Source: Lepidodermella squamata (lineage: Eukaryota; Animalia; Gastrotricha). From it: a DNA stretch of 64,000 bases. The DNA is taken from positions 1,984,001 through 2,048,000 of the forward strand of contig JBLDXI010000019.1 in assembly GCA_047495785.1 (NCBI GenBank). Reading direction: 5' to 3'. Numbering within the stretch: the first letter of the stretch is position 1; every line of letters starts with the position of its first letter. The position numbers were made by a program, and so were the translations under genes. The notes beneath the pieces were generated by a model. The model was not told where the DNA came from, searched no databases, and saw only the letters and a list, made by a program, of their open reading frames with translations. Shown one piece after another: positions 12,230 to 24,927 of the stretch.

Positions 12230-14022
12230 TTAATTGATAGTGCTGTTAGGTGGATTTGTTGCTCCGGAAATGAATCGACTACCTCTGGGCCCGAATAATG
12301 GCAAGCCAGAGAGGATTTGAACGAGTGGAGGCGTAGTAGCTTCAGGCTCCGGGTGATGGTGATGTTCCTCGTTTATCGCTTCATGTAATGCCGCAGTGGA
12401 ATAATCGATCAGAACGATGAAGTAAGTGCACATGGCTCCGAAGAGCTGCGAGAAAAAAGAGAATAATAAATTGGATTTCAAAATGATTAGCAGGACGCAC
12501 TATGATCGCAGTTTGCCGACGTAGGGGCAATAACCCGACTAGAGTTAAAGCGACTTGCTCTCCTGATAGCTGATTCAGCAATACCAATAGCTTTGAAAAA
12601 AATGAATACAATTATTGACTGAAATTGCTAGCATATAAATCAAACCTCTGTAGCTCCGAGAGGATTGGTCGGTAGCATACGAGCTGATACACGGTGTAAA
12701 CTGCGGATCACCGATAAAGAGGCAACATTTAGATACGCTGATGCTACGACGTGTACAAAAAGTAGATGAAACGAAGACAGTACCCAGACCATCCAAGTCA
12801 TACGGCCGAACAGGGTATCGCTGCCTAGAATGATATGATGCGCGAGAATTAGCATGCCAAAGAAGCCGTGAACCATCGACATGCATATCGGAACTCGTGC
12901 CAATCGATCCGTTATTTTGACAGACTTCAACAGCCGAAAGTAGATACGACGAATCATTGATAAGTCGACTTTCGACAAAACCGAGCGGTATGGATTCTTA
13001 ACCCCGGCGTAGATCGATGAGCTGAAGTCGTCCAAGGAATCAGTTTCCGCGAATTCATCCAAATAGTGAGGCCTGTGATCTTTCTCGCTTGTTGTTGCAA
13101 TAGGCTCGTAAACACTATCGTCTGATTCGTCTTCGCTGAATGCTTCTTTGATCTTTTTCTTGGGAATCCGCGAAGTTTCTTGAGGGCACATTTCGCTGAT
13201 TAAACGTCGCAGCTCCAGGAATTGCTTCCCTTGAACTACTGCGAGACAACTTATCAAAGCACTCGCGAAAAACACCCCACTATCATTGATAGCCTGGAGG
13301 AAGGTGCCGCATAATGCAACAGCTTGCGGCCACGCCATGTATCCCTCGTATTCTGGCGTGTGAAAGGGGGTTGCGAACACACCGAACTGCTCCGGGTATA
13401 TCAGCATCAGCACAGTGATAGCACAAACTGCAATGGCTAGAATGATCCAAGAACAAACGACAAAAGTGACGAGCCAAACTCTAGTCCTAGCTGTTTTTTG
13501 CCTTGCCATAGATGTATCTTCGCCTTCTCGAGTAGTCGGCCCATTTCCGCTGATGTTTATGAAGGCGGTTCCTAGTACCAGGTCGTTTGAATTGAGACGA
13601 TCAACTAAAGCTTGCCATTTCGAGCTGCCAAACCAGCAAGCCACTACGACACTCGTTCGTAAAATTGCCCCGACGAAGTAGTACATACAAATAGCGGTTA
13701 TGTAAGTTAAATCTGTGACGAGACCCACCGGGGCGAGTTGGTAGAGAGTGGCGAATCGGAAGGCGTTCATCCAAGATAAGGCCATCATTACCGCCGAGTA
13801 AGTGATGGCCAACATAATCCAAAAACATCGATATCCATCCATCATCACGTTCCTTGGCAGTGAAATAGCATTTCCGTTGATTGACATGCGATCCTCCGAG
13901 CCTTCTGGGTCATCGACGGCATTGCTGAATGTGTATAGTGCGGAGAAAGATGGCGGGAATAGGCCCCAGATTTTCAAGGATACAAGCAGCAAGTTGACGG
14001 ATTTATCCTTGGGTGCATTCAT
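12230..14022 (-). CDS. Gustatory receptor-like (Grl, 7tm_7 / insect chemoreceptor superfamily) protein
   Basis: About 7 hydrophobic segments and N-terminal LKIWGLFP. Two phase-0 introns near the 3' end (12591-12645, 12446-12500) flank a 90-nt exon (LLVLLNQL..ALTLVGLLPL). The last exon has LFGAMCTYFIVLIDY, matching the TYhhhhhQF TM7 motif. Confidence 0.85.
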
Positions 14023-14689
14023 TTTTTATGATGAGAAATAAATACTGAACAAATTTTGGCAGCGATGGGGATTATCGGCAAAAAAAGCGACGGCGCGTGA
14101 CTCTGGGAATTGAGTGATCCTAATCTGTAGACAAAGGGACTCATTGTGTCCGGTGCTTTTCCTAACAATGCCTAGTAAATTATACTTTGCGGCGGGTAGT
14201 ATATACCTAACAAATAAGGCAACGCGATAGGTTTAGATCACGTTGAGCTGGATGTTTAGGATTTTGAGTACGTGTGAAGAGAATATCCTAGGCAGTAGGC
14301 AGATCATTGAGACTTTAACCTGGGAATTCGGTGCGATTGATTAAATAAAGCAAACACCCCTTGATTTTGGACTGTAGCATTGGAACGGAAAAGATTTCAG
14401 CATTAGCTTGGTTCTGCTATCGATCAGAGTCATTGTTGGTTTTAAAATGCACTCGTCTGCTGTGTAAATAATATCTCAATTTCAATGCTATTTCTGTGGA
14501 ACAAATTTTTCACGACAGGTCACATTTTATTTTGAAATTATCAGACTTAAAACAACAAAAATACAGATATAAAAGTTCAGCATGCCAAAAAGTATAGGAA
14601 AGGTGCCCTCAGACTAAAGAAAATTATCATTGCTTCACTACAGCTGGACCAATTAAGTCTGTAATTTAAATTCGAAATTGCTGCGATTT

Positions 14690-15983
14690 TTAGTCGTCAC
14701 TCGTCATTCTCACGAAGTAGTAAGCATCAATTATGATACTAATCAGTATCACACATCCACCAAAGGCGACATCGGCGATTCGAACCGGTGCGAGGTCTCG
14801 CTTCCGCTCAATGAAATGGGCTGAGACAGCAAAAGTCACCAACTCATAGAAGCTCAGTACCAGACCCATAGTAAATTTGAAGGTAACGACGTTAACCAAA
14901 TAGACCTCCTCAGATGTTTTCGGTATATTCTCGAAAACAAGTGAGAGAATTACGGAAAAGGCTAAAACCAGCGTGACTCCAATGCTGGCCCGATCCGGAA
15001 CATCGGGTGTCATGATCAAGGCCGAGATCTGGAGGCAATACAATGAGATCACCGGAAGGAAGATGTTGGCTCCGAAATAATAAGGCCGGCGCTTGAAGGT
15101 GATTGGGAAATTCATGCGATTAACAGTAATGTTACCGCTAATTATTATGTCAGTAATTTCGGCTGGGCCTACACTTACGAACTTCCATATATCAGTATCG
15201 CCCATAAAAGTGCTTTTAGTTGATTGATCAACATCGAAGAATGTGACGTTATATTTGACAAGCCCACTGCTGACGTCGCTTACAACAATAATTGTGCATT
15301 CAAGCGTATCGAAAGGAAATTTTTTAAAGGAAAATTGATCGCATGCCGTGACTAGACGAGTACTTTCGAATGCGTTGAAGTTTTTTCCGCCTTGTAAGAA
15401 GGGGTATATCCACATTATCAGCTGCTGCGGCTGCCTACAAATAAGATACAAATACGAATTATTTTTACTCCACAAAGTTACTTCAAGAATGGCTTCGGAA
15501 TTTCGAAGTAATTGGCATGAGTGAAAGATGGGTACCATCCAGCATTCACTGGCCTGAATATGATGGACTCATAGATCAGTCCAGTGTCGGTTAGGATCTT
15601 GCAGAGTGTCTCATTTTGGTACAGGTCAACACAACTTGGAGTTGGACACGTTGTCGACCAAGAAAATGTCATTGAAGCCACAAGCGACATGCTTGAATAG
15701 ATCAATTGAAAATGTTGAACAACGAAGTACCAAGTTACCTTTGTGCGAGATCATCTATCCCAACGAATCGAAAGAGGACTAAGTCGACAAATATTTCAAT
15801 TGGTTGCAGTTTCTTAGTCAGCCAGACGTTTGGTAGCGATGAAGAAGTCGACTCTGGGCAGTAGCGCTGGTAAGCCTCTTCCAATAAAGGAATCTGGAGG
15901 CTGCCAGTGTCCTGCGATCTGCATAAAGCTGCGACACAGATGGCTACGTAAAAAAGAGTTGCAGTTCTTGAGACGAGCCCCAT
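14690..15983 (-). CDS. Divergent Cys-loop LGIC subunit (LGIC-3)
   Basis: Signal peptide, YCPE, FVGIDDLAQ, WYPSF, CDQFSFKKFPFDTLEC, M1-M4, 3 exons. Confidence 0.88.
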
Positions 15984-16942
15984 ATCGTTCGACTGTGAGC
16001 GAAAATGTTCCAAACTGAATGCTGACAGAAAGTTGATGGTGTGTTATTTTAATTTTTAAAAAGCAATAGCCTGATGAAGAGATTCCTATGAACTCTGTAG
16101 CTTGTAGACTGATCGAAAAGTCCAGAAAAGTCAAATATCTGGATTTTTCTTATATCCGGTAACGAATAACGCGTGGTGCTAATGAAAAATTCGGTGTTGT
16201 TTACATTTCTCGCCATTTTCAGCGCAAGAACAATGGTTATCAGATGTTGGAGCAGGGAATCAAAATCGAAGCAGCCAACAAACGACAAACATTAAATTAA
16301 TCCAAGTATCTAAGAACCAGAAATGCAATAAGAACATTTCGGCTGAAGACTTTGAGTCCCGCTGGTGTACATACTCAACAGCGATTTCGACAGTCGAAAG
16401 ATCCAAAGGGGAAGAACAAATAATAGTGAGGGCCTAAGTATAGATATAGTACTCTAGAGGAACCTACATAGTAAACATAGTAATTTTGCATAATAACACT
16501 TAAGTTGGAGTATTCAAAAGACGCGATCGAAGCGAGATAGGCCGAACGTAGCGAGAAGGCAGTGTGCTATCGAACTTGAATAGCGAGAAAAACTATTGAC
16601 AACTGTGTTGCGACCGTCGAACGCCCTATCGTCCGATTATTTCGGTAGAGCAAAGCTAGATTGATAATGTTTACTGCAAGGTCAACACCTTGCCATCACG
16701 AGAAAAGCGCTCTCAATTTCTATTCCAGAATCAAATAGAAAATGCATTTTTGGAAATCATCAAAATAATTGAAATCCCTGCTTGGATGAGTTGTAGCGAA
16801 TGATTCTCAAACATTCGCTCATGTTGTTATGCTTCAGACAAAGAAACCGGCTGAGAAACTCCGAAAATTGTGCATTTAGCATCGCGCAAAGCGGTTCAGC
16901 GGTTCAGGATAACCAGATTGCAAATGTTGCTTTTTTGTAGTA

Positions 16943-18351
16943 CCGTATTTGCCTGAAAATAAGCCCAGTCTCAAACACAAGCCCATGGGCTTCTATAACG
17001 GGGTGGGCCTTAATTTCGGTACCAAAATCGAAATCAAAACCTGAGGCGATATATTGACATTAATGCATTAAATATTGAATCATTTTGAACTTATTTTCAA
17101 TAAATTCCACTGAAATTAATTTAAATGTATTAAAATGGGGCGATTTTCACATCCAACGCTCTCTCTCTCCTCGTGTTCTCTCAAGCTCAGAGACTCATGT
17201 GGTACTTGGGAGATGTGTTACCGTTTTACAAACCGTTTTACATGCCGCCTGATATCATTTGACGTATTCCAATGTGATTTTATCCTGCTAGCGATGGGCT
17301 GCGGTCCGTTTAAATGACGAATGAAGATGTTTGAATTGAATCAAGTTCATTTTCCGAATATTTTCTGCCAAAACCGAAAAGTACTTATAGTGCGTTCACA
17401 AACTACTTCGGAGAGGCGTCCGAAGTTTTCGGCCACCGAAGTTTCGTAACAGGCCTCAGAAGTTGCGTAATCGCTGCCCGAAGTTTAGATTTTCGTTCAC
17501 AAACGCGCGCACTTCGGCCAGCGCGGCCGAAGTTTTAACAATAGTCGGTGCGCACGCACCGAACAAAGGACGCCATCGATAATGAAAATTATAATTGAAA
17601 ACAAAATAACCGATCTTTTCGCGACCCCGCCGTTTTCTTTAAGATCGAGATCTTCAGGCCACTGCAAAAAACTGATCTTTGCGTAAATACGTGATTTTCA
17701 TGAATGAGATTTTTTGCTGGTCGCAGAAGAAAAATCACGATCGCTGCTAATGAGGTTATTTTTAGCCAAAACGACCTTTAAAAAAAACTATTAAAAAAAC
17801 ACAGAAATCAGGCATCTAAATCGAAGCGCCGCGTCCTGGTACGTCTCATGGAAAAAGTGGTTTTGATGAGAATGCGCGAGAATATTTTAGCAAATATTTT
17901 TTTTTATAGCGAATCTGGTGAACTGAGCGCTGAAATTTAGCTTCTTTTTATCCTCATCAGAAGGCGCGTCTCACTATGCAAACAATTCGGAGAATTAAGG
18001 TAAAATGGAAAAAATTGCATTGACCCTGAGCATATATAAGAGCCATACCCGCGCGTGGTGTGTGAGCGCGCGGCCAAACTTCGGCCGCGAACAGTAGAAA
18101 CTTCGGTCGTCACGCTGCGCGCGCGCGTAGAAAAGCCACTGATGAGGCCGCCGAAGTTTTGCTATTTCTCTCCGAAGTTTCTACTTCGCTCTCCGAAGCG
18201 GTCGGTCTCCGAAGTAGTTTGTGAACGCACTATTAGCTATAGGCCCGGGGCCATATTAGAAGCCCGGGCTTCTAAATTTATTTTGCTGAAAACGCGTAAA
18301 TTTTGAAATAGTACTCGAATATAAGTCGGGCTTATTTTCAGGCAAATACGG
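16943..18351. mobile_element. Non-autonomous Tc1/mariner-pogo (Tc2-like) DNA element
   Basis: TIRs CCGTATTTGCCTGAAAATAAGCCC / GGGCTTATTTTCAGGCAAATACGG flanked by TA on both sides; no transposase ORF. Confidence 0.85.
17388..18232. mobile_element. PIF/Harbinger-type MITE nested in the previous element
   Basis: TIRs TAGTGCGTTCACAAACTACTTCGGAGA / TCTCCGAAGTAGTTTGTGAACGCACTA, TTA duplication on both sides, many subterminal CCGAAGT motifs. Confidence 0.85.
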
Positions 18352-18697
18352 TAATATGGATTTTTATTTTCGTGAATCACTCTTCCTCTGTGATTTTTCG
18401 CATTTTTTAGGACTTCAGGAGTATTTACCCACGTATAACGGAGAGGGTAAAAGCTTCCTCTCGATTACTATGTAAAAGAGAGTTTTTGAATTGAAGGGAG
18501 GGGTTTTCGGACCGTTTGAAATAAATGTGGAAAAACCTCATCTTCTGGTATATGCTGTATATTCTATCTGTGGGTGATTCAGAAGAACCCTCATTCAGAT
18601 TGACGTCCCTATAAAATCCTCATTGGGAAGGTCATTAGATCGATTTCATTAACGTTGAAATTTTTTCAGATTGTTCTTTGAATTATCAGCATTGAAT

Positions 18698-20018
18698 TCA
18701 TGCAAGGATCAAAGCGAAGTAGTAGGAGTCAACAGCCACACTAATTACTATAGACAGGAATGCAACAATAGCGTCAGCATATCGCACATAATTAATAGGC
18801 AGCTTCCTATCGAGTAGCTCCACCGAGATGGCGAAGGTAATGAGCTCGTAAAAATTTAAAACTACCCCGAACGAAAATTTGAAAGTCACAATTTCAACCA
18901 AATAAACAGTTTCAGATGTTTTCGGAATGTTTTCGAAGACAAGTCCAAGGATTACCGAAAAGGCTAGTACAAGAGTGACACCGTAACTAGTTCGCTCAGA
19001 GATATCAGGAGGCATGATCAGAGCTGATAATTGAAGAATGTACAGGGTGATGATGGGAAGAATAATCGTCGCGGCGTAGTAGTCGGGCCTGCGTCTGAAA
19101 ACCACTGTGAAAACGAGCCTAGTTAGGGTGACATCCACAGTCTGCACCGCCTCAACAACTTGGCCCGGTTTGCTGCCTTCGAATGCCCAAATGTCAGTCT
19201 CGTCCATAAAAAACTCGCGAGAAGCAATCTCGACTTCAAATCCGGTTATATTATATCTCACCGACAATATTGAGTCGTCAGCTTCGAAAATCATGGAACA
19301 TTCAAGACGATCAAACGGGAAAGTTTTGAAGGAAAAGTTGCTGCATGAAGAATCAACTCGAACAACGATGAACAGAAGGATGCTTGGATCAAAGAATGGC
19401 CATAATGTCATAATAGATCTGGGATACCTAGAATAATTTACAAATATTCAAAAGAACTAATGGTAATTATATGTTTCACATTTCTAAAGGCCTTGCATTC
19501 TGCATTGCGTTCATGTGGCTCAAACGAGGAATCCATGAATTGCTGACTTGCTTTGAAATTACCAGATCAGTCAAGAAATTGCTACGCTGCCAATGACTAC
19601 ACCGTGTTTCATTTTCTCCTAACAATAGTTGGCACGACGGTATCGTGCAAGGCGCACTCCAGTAGAAATAGGCTCCTACTAAGAGGGACATACTAAATGA
19701 CAAGCAAAAGCAATTTTTAAGCAATAAAAACATAAACAAATAAAGCAACCTCTGTTCAATATCGTTGATTTCTATCATTCGATTCAGGGTCATGTTAACA
19801 CTGACAGTCATCGTGGTGTTCCACTTCAGGATCCAGTCCATTGGCAGATTCGGGGACCACGCCTCCGGGCAGTATTCGAAATACTTTTGCTCGAAAGCTA
19901 TCGCCCGTGGTACCTGGCTAGGTGGCAACGTCTCAAAATCGTGCGTGACAGTGGAATCAATTTTAAAAGCCAAAACTGTGATAAATGTCGTCAGCAACAT
20001 GACCATTTTCCCAAGCAT
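18698..20018 (-). CDS. Divergent Cys-loop LGIC subunit (LGIC-4)
   Basis: Signal peptide MLGKMVMLLTTFITVLA, YCPE, WIPRL, CSNFSFKTFPFDRLEC, M2 ERTSYGVTLVLAFSV, 3 exons. Confidence 0.88.
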
Positions 20019-20896
20019 GATCAATACGTAGTTGCGATTCGATGTGTCAGACGACTTTGCATTGAATAGCGAAACAAGTATATTGCCGAGGTTTCCTGTA
20101 ACTAAACCGGAGGTATGGGTAAATACCGCGTGCGATTTTATCACAGCGAGTAAAACATGACTAACCTTCGAAAATCGAAATACGCGATTCAATCATCTCA
20201 ACAAATAAACAAATGTTTCGGATAAAATTATGGACTCAGCAATTTGATTTTTTCTAGGATCGACTCTCATTTTCAGTATCAAATCATTTATGGCTAGAAA
20301 TTTGTTACACCCACGATATTGTTACAATCAGGTCTCGAACCCAAAAGTAGAAAGACGTCAACTATGCGGAATCTTTTTGAAATGGCATTTATTTTGTTGT
20401 TAGTTGCGGAAAAACCGTAAAATTAGGATTGTGTTCAGTGAAAAGTTGCCGCCAGCAAATTATAAGTCATTTCTGGGCAAAATTTCCATTAGGCATCTTC
20501 TAGCACAGGAATTTTCGGCTTGCATGGACGAGGATCCAGCTGCACAGCTACAGAGATAAAATGTGTGAATTAATCGCTGCCCAGTCACAATTTTTCAGTT
20601 TGAAAGTGGCGAAAGTTAGTAGCAGGATGTGTCTATGCGGAGGATGGCGTCTATGTTGGTTTGTAATGCTTGGCAAAACAATATCTCTAACGAACACATT
20701 TTTCATGACAAATCAAATTGTATTATAAAATTAGTAGAATTTTGAACAGCTTAATTACAGGAAATACAGGAAAAAGTCTCAGAACGCCATAGAAACATGG
20801 GAAAAAATGTGCCATCAGCGTAGAGAAACTTATCCTTATAACAAAAATCACTGCACGAATTGGGTCACTTAGTAAAACTCGAAATTGCTGTTACCT

Positions 20897-22218
20897 TCAG
20901 GCGTCACTTGTCATTCTCACGAAGTAGTAAGCATCAATTATAATGCTAATCAGTATCACACATCCACCAAAGGCGACATCAGCGATTCGAACCGGTGCGA
21001 GGTCTCGCTTCCGCTCAATGAAATATGCCGAGACTGCAAAAGTCACCAACTCATAGAAGCTCAGTACCAGGCCCATAGTAAATTTGAAAGTAACCACGTT
21101 AACCAAATAGACTTCCTCTGAGGTTTTCGGGATATTCTCGAAAACAAGTGAGAGAATTACGGAAAAGGCTAAAACCAGCGTGACTCCAATGCTGGCCCGA
21201 TCCGGAACATCGGGTGTCATGATCAAGGCCGAGATCTGGAGGCAATACAATGAGATCACCGGAAGGAAGATGTTGGCTCCGAAATAATAAGGCCGGCGCT
21301 TGAAGGTGATCGGGAATTTCATTTGAGCAGTAGTAAAGTCACCGCTTAAATTTATGTCAACGATCTCGGCCGAGCCTAGACTAACAAGCTTCCATATTTC
21401 AGTATCTCCCATAAAATCGAGTTTAGCTGATTGATCAATATCGTAGTATGTGATATTGTATTTGACAAGTTCACTGGTGACGTCGCCTACAACAATAATT
21501 GTGCATTCAAGCGTATCGAAAGGAAATTTTTTGAACGATTGATCGCATGCCGTGTCGAGACGGGTCGTTTCGAATGCGTTGAAGTTTTTTCCGCCTTGTA
21601 AGAAGGGGTATATCCACATAATCTGATGCTGTGGCTGCCTGAAATTGCAAATAAGCAAATACAGATACGAGTTGTTTTCACTCCCCGTTATGTTACTTCA
21701 AGAATGGCTTCGGATTTTCGAAGTAGTTGGCATGCGTGACCGTAGGATACCATCCCGCATTCACAGGTCTGAATATGATAGCATGTTTGATAAGTCCCTT
21801 GTCTCTCAAGATCTTGCAGAGTGTCTCATTTTGGTACAGGTCAACACAACTTGGAGTTGGACACGTTGTCGACCAAGAAAATGTCATTGAAGCCACAAGC
21901 GACATGCTTGAATAGATCAATTGTAAATGTTCAATATAATCAAGCACCATATTATACATGCTCAAGAAGTTACCTTTGTGCGAGATCATCTATTTCCACA
22001 AATCGAAAGAGAATAAAATCGACGGTAATTTCAATGGGTTGCAGTTTGTTAGTCAGCCAGACGTTTGGTAGAGATGAAGAAGTCGACTCTGGGCAGTAGC
22101 GCTCGTAAGCCTCTTCCAACAAAGGATTCTTAAGGCCGCCCGTGGCCTGCGATCTGCATAAAGCTACGACGCAGATGGCTACATAGGAAAGAGTTGCAGT
22201 TCCTGAGATGAACCCCAT
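20897..22218 (-). CDS. Divergent Cys-loop LGIC subunit (LGIC-5), close paralog of LGIC-3
   Basis: Near-identical TM region to LGIC-3; CDQSFKKFPFDTLEC; 3 exons. Confidence 0.88.
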
Positions 22219-22547
22219 GTCAATTGTCTGTTAGCAAACAATGCTTTATGTACTGAATGCAGCCATGTGAAGAGAATTGTGATGCGTATTTTGTGAGTTT
22301 TTATTTTACACAAGCATTATTCTGACGTTTGGGAGTCCCATGAACGTCATAGCGTGGAGAATAATCGAAAAGTACAATATCTGGATGTTTTTTACATCCG
22401 GCTACCAATATTTTCTAGTGAACAAATCGTCGTTGTTTACATTTCTCGCTGTTTCCATACCATAGTACTTCAATGCCCTTCGTGTTCATTAAGCGTGTTC
22501 ATCGTGTTCAGCGTCCTAAATTAGGAAAGATAGCGCTAGAGAAGGTT

Positions 22548-22619
22548 GGTTCGCTGGCTCAATGGTTCAGCTCGCTCTTCCCGGTCAGGAGATCCCGAGT
22601 TCGAATCTGAGTGGACCCA
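22548..22619 (+). pseudogene. tRNA-like sequence (tRNA pseudogene or tRNA-derived SINE head)
   Basis: A-box TGGCTCAATGG, B-box GAGTTCGAATC, acceptor stem GGTTCGC/GTGGACC, anticodon-like stem CTCTT/AGGAG with a non-canonical loop (CCCGGTC), T-rich sequence downstream. Confidence 0.55.
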
Positions 22620-22818
22620 TTCTTTTCTGCGCTTTTCTTGTACACTCTTCTGTCATACGAAAACTCTCCTTCAGGCTCTAATTAGAGTTCCGGCAGTATA
22701 TCTGTTCATCACTAATTTTAGACAAGGGTGAAAATAACTGCGAGCTAACTATGCATTTTCAACAAATCACTAAGAATATTGGACAAGTAGTTGTTATCAA
22801 AAGTTATTCATTTACTTC

Positions 22819-22919
22819 TGTTTCAAGGTGACGGGTGACAAGTAAAAAAGCGGCTTTTATACGTGAATGGAGAGGCAAAAACAAATGACTTTTTACTTGT
22901 CACTTATCACCTTGAAACA
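22819..22919. repeat. ~100-bp inverted-repeat element (small MITE-like hairpin)
   Basis: TGTTTCAAGGTGACGGGTGACAAGTAAAAA pairs imperfectly with TTTTTACTTGTCACTTATCACCTTGAAACA. Confidence 0.6.
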
Positions 22920-23082
22920 AGCTTAAATCTGAGTTATCAACGACGATACTAAGTAAATGACAAAAAGAAAATGATTTCGAAACCTTGACAACAAATAATC
23001 TGTAAAACCGTGGCACTATACAGTGCTGTGCCTGAGCCTCATTCAACAAAGCAGAATAATTATGTATTGGTATTGGTCTCAG

Positions 23083-24379
23083 TCAAGCTATCATAAGGGA
23101 GTAGTAATATGAGTCCACAATGATACTGATGACGATAGCCATCGATGCGAATGCTACGTCGGCGATACGAACAATCTTGATTGACTGCTTTCTGCTTTCA
23201 AGTTCAGACGCCGCAGCGAAAGCGACCAATTCATAGAAGTTGAAAATCAGGCCAAATGTGAACTTGAAAGTAACGACTTTTACTAGGTAAACTGTTTCTG
23301 ATGTTTTGGGTATGTTCTGAAAAACCATCGACAGGACAACGGAGAAGGCTAGAACCAATGTAACGCCGTAACTAACTCTGTCAGGGCTGTCGGGAGTCAT
23401 TATCAGAGCCGATATTTGAAGAATGTAAAGAGACAGGACCGGCAGTAAAATAGTTGCAGCAAAGTATTCTGGTTGGCGTCTGAAAGCCACAGGGAAATGC
23501 ATCCTGCTCACGTAGACATCGCCACTTTGATGCGAATCTTCGACGCGACCTGATAGCTCCCAGCTCTCCAGTGTCCAGATATCTGCATCGCCGATAAAGC
23601 TATCCCTGTCAGACAACTCGATTTCAAACCCAGTCACGTTGTACCGCACAAGCGCGGTAATATCGTCACTATCGAGGATGAAAGAGCATTCCAATGTGTC
23701 GAATGGGAATTTTCTGAACGAAAATTGGTCGCAGGATGTGTCTATGCGGATGATGGCGAAGAACGAAATCGTCGGGCTGTAAAACGGCCAATACAACATG
23801 ATGTCGTCATTCCGCCTATAGGCAGAGTATCAATATTACGACGCTTCGAATTTTGAAGAGCTTACCGATCGAATGGTCTAGCGTTCACCATTGCATTCAT
23901 GTGGCTAAGCCTTGGTAGCCAAGTATTGCCGATTAATTTTGAAATTTTGAGATGTGTTACTAAATCACTTCGGATCCATTCATCACAGCGAGATTCGTTG
24001 GTGCCGAAGATTTGCTGGCAAGTAGGGGTTGGACACGGTGGATCCCACATAAAATTGACTGTCGCTAGCAGTGACATGCTAAGATTTTAGATCATCGGAA
24101 ACACTGAATCATCACAAAATTGAGTTTCTCTCACCTTTCAGATATATCGTTGATTTCGATGAGTCGGTTGAGATAGATGAATACGTCAACCGTCATAGTT
24201 TTGTTAATCTTCATCAGCCATTCTGTTGGCAGGGAAGAAGACAACGCTTCCGGGCAATATTCGAAGTATTTCCTTTCAAACGAAGCGCCTTGGGTTGGAT
24301 AGCTCTCCGAAAAGGTGGCATCCTGATAGGATACGGTTTGAACGACTAGGCCGAACATCACAAGCAGTGGGAAGAACAT
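23083..24379 (-). CDS. Divergent Cys-loop LGIC subunit (LGIC-6), closest to LGIC-4
   Basis: Signal peptide MFFPLLVMFGLVVQTVS, KYFEYCPEA, WLPRLSHMNAM, CDQFSFRKFPFDTLEC, M1-M4. Confidence 0.88.
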
Positions 24380-24497
24380 TACCGTCCAAGGACTAATTAA
24401 ACGCGCTAAAATACTAAATGAGCTCAATATATGAATAAAATGAGTTGTCTACATGGAATGCTAAACAAGCAGTTCCGCAACTTTTTGAGGGGTCTTA

Positions 24498-24731
24498 CTT
24501 TTAGCGGAACCAAGTTTTCGAATTAAAACCACTTTTCGATGTCATGATTGATCGGAATTTTTAATCTTCGGAATTTTTAATCGGAATGAATTCAGCGTAA
24601 AATTCTGTATACGAAGCATTCCTCAGTATAGAAATCATACATTGCATTAATTTCGTAGAAATATTCGAATAGCGACCATTTGCTGATTTAAAATTAGGTT
24701 CCGCAACATGCGGATTTGGTTCCGCTAAAAG
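24498..24731. repeat. Degenerate inverted-repeat element
   Basis: CTTTTAGCGGAACCAA ... TTGGTTCCGCTAAAAG inverted pair, with extra GTTCCGCAAC copies; termini unclear. Confidence 0.4.
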
Positions 24732-24927
24732 AAATTTCTACTTTTTGAGAGAATAGGATGCCATAAAATTTGGACAAAGTTAGGATGTCCGTTATATTCA
24801 TTGTTATGCTTTCGGTCTTGCGGTGTTAGAAAATTCTTTTCAGGGGATCTTGTAAAATCGAAGCCAAGTTGCCATTCCGAATGGTTGATTTTCTACAATT
24901 TGAGTTCTGAACAGCATGAAATCACTA

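Noticed and set aside
17405-18215. Regularly recurring CCGAAGT motifs resembling a CRISPR-like array
   Set aside because: The repeats are 7-9 nt, occur in both orientations and lie subterminally within a TIR element; eukaryotic context with no cas genes.
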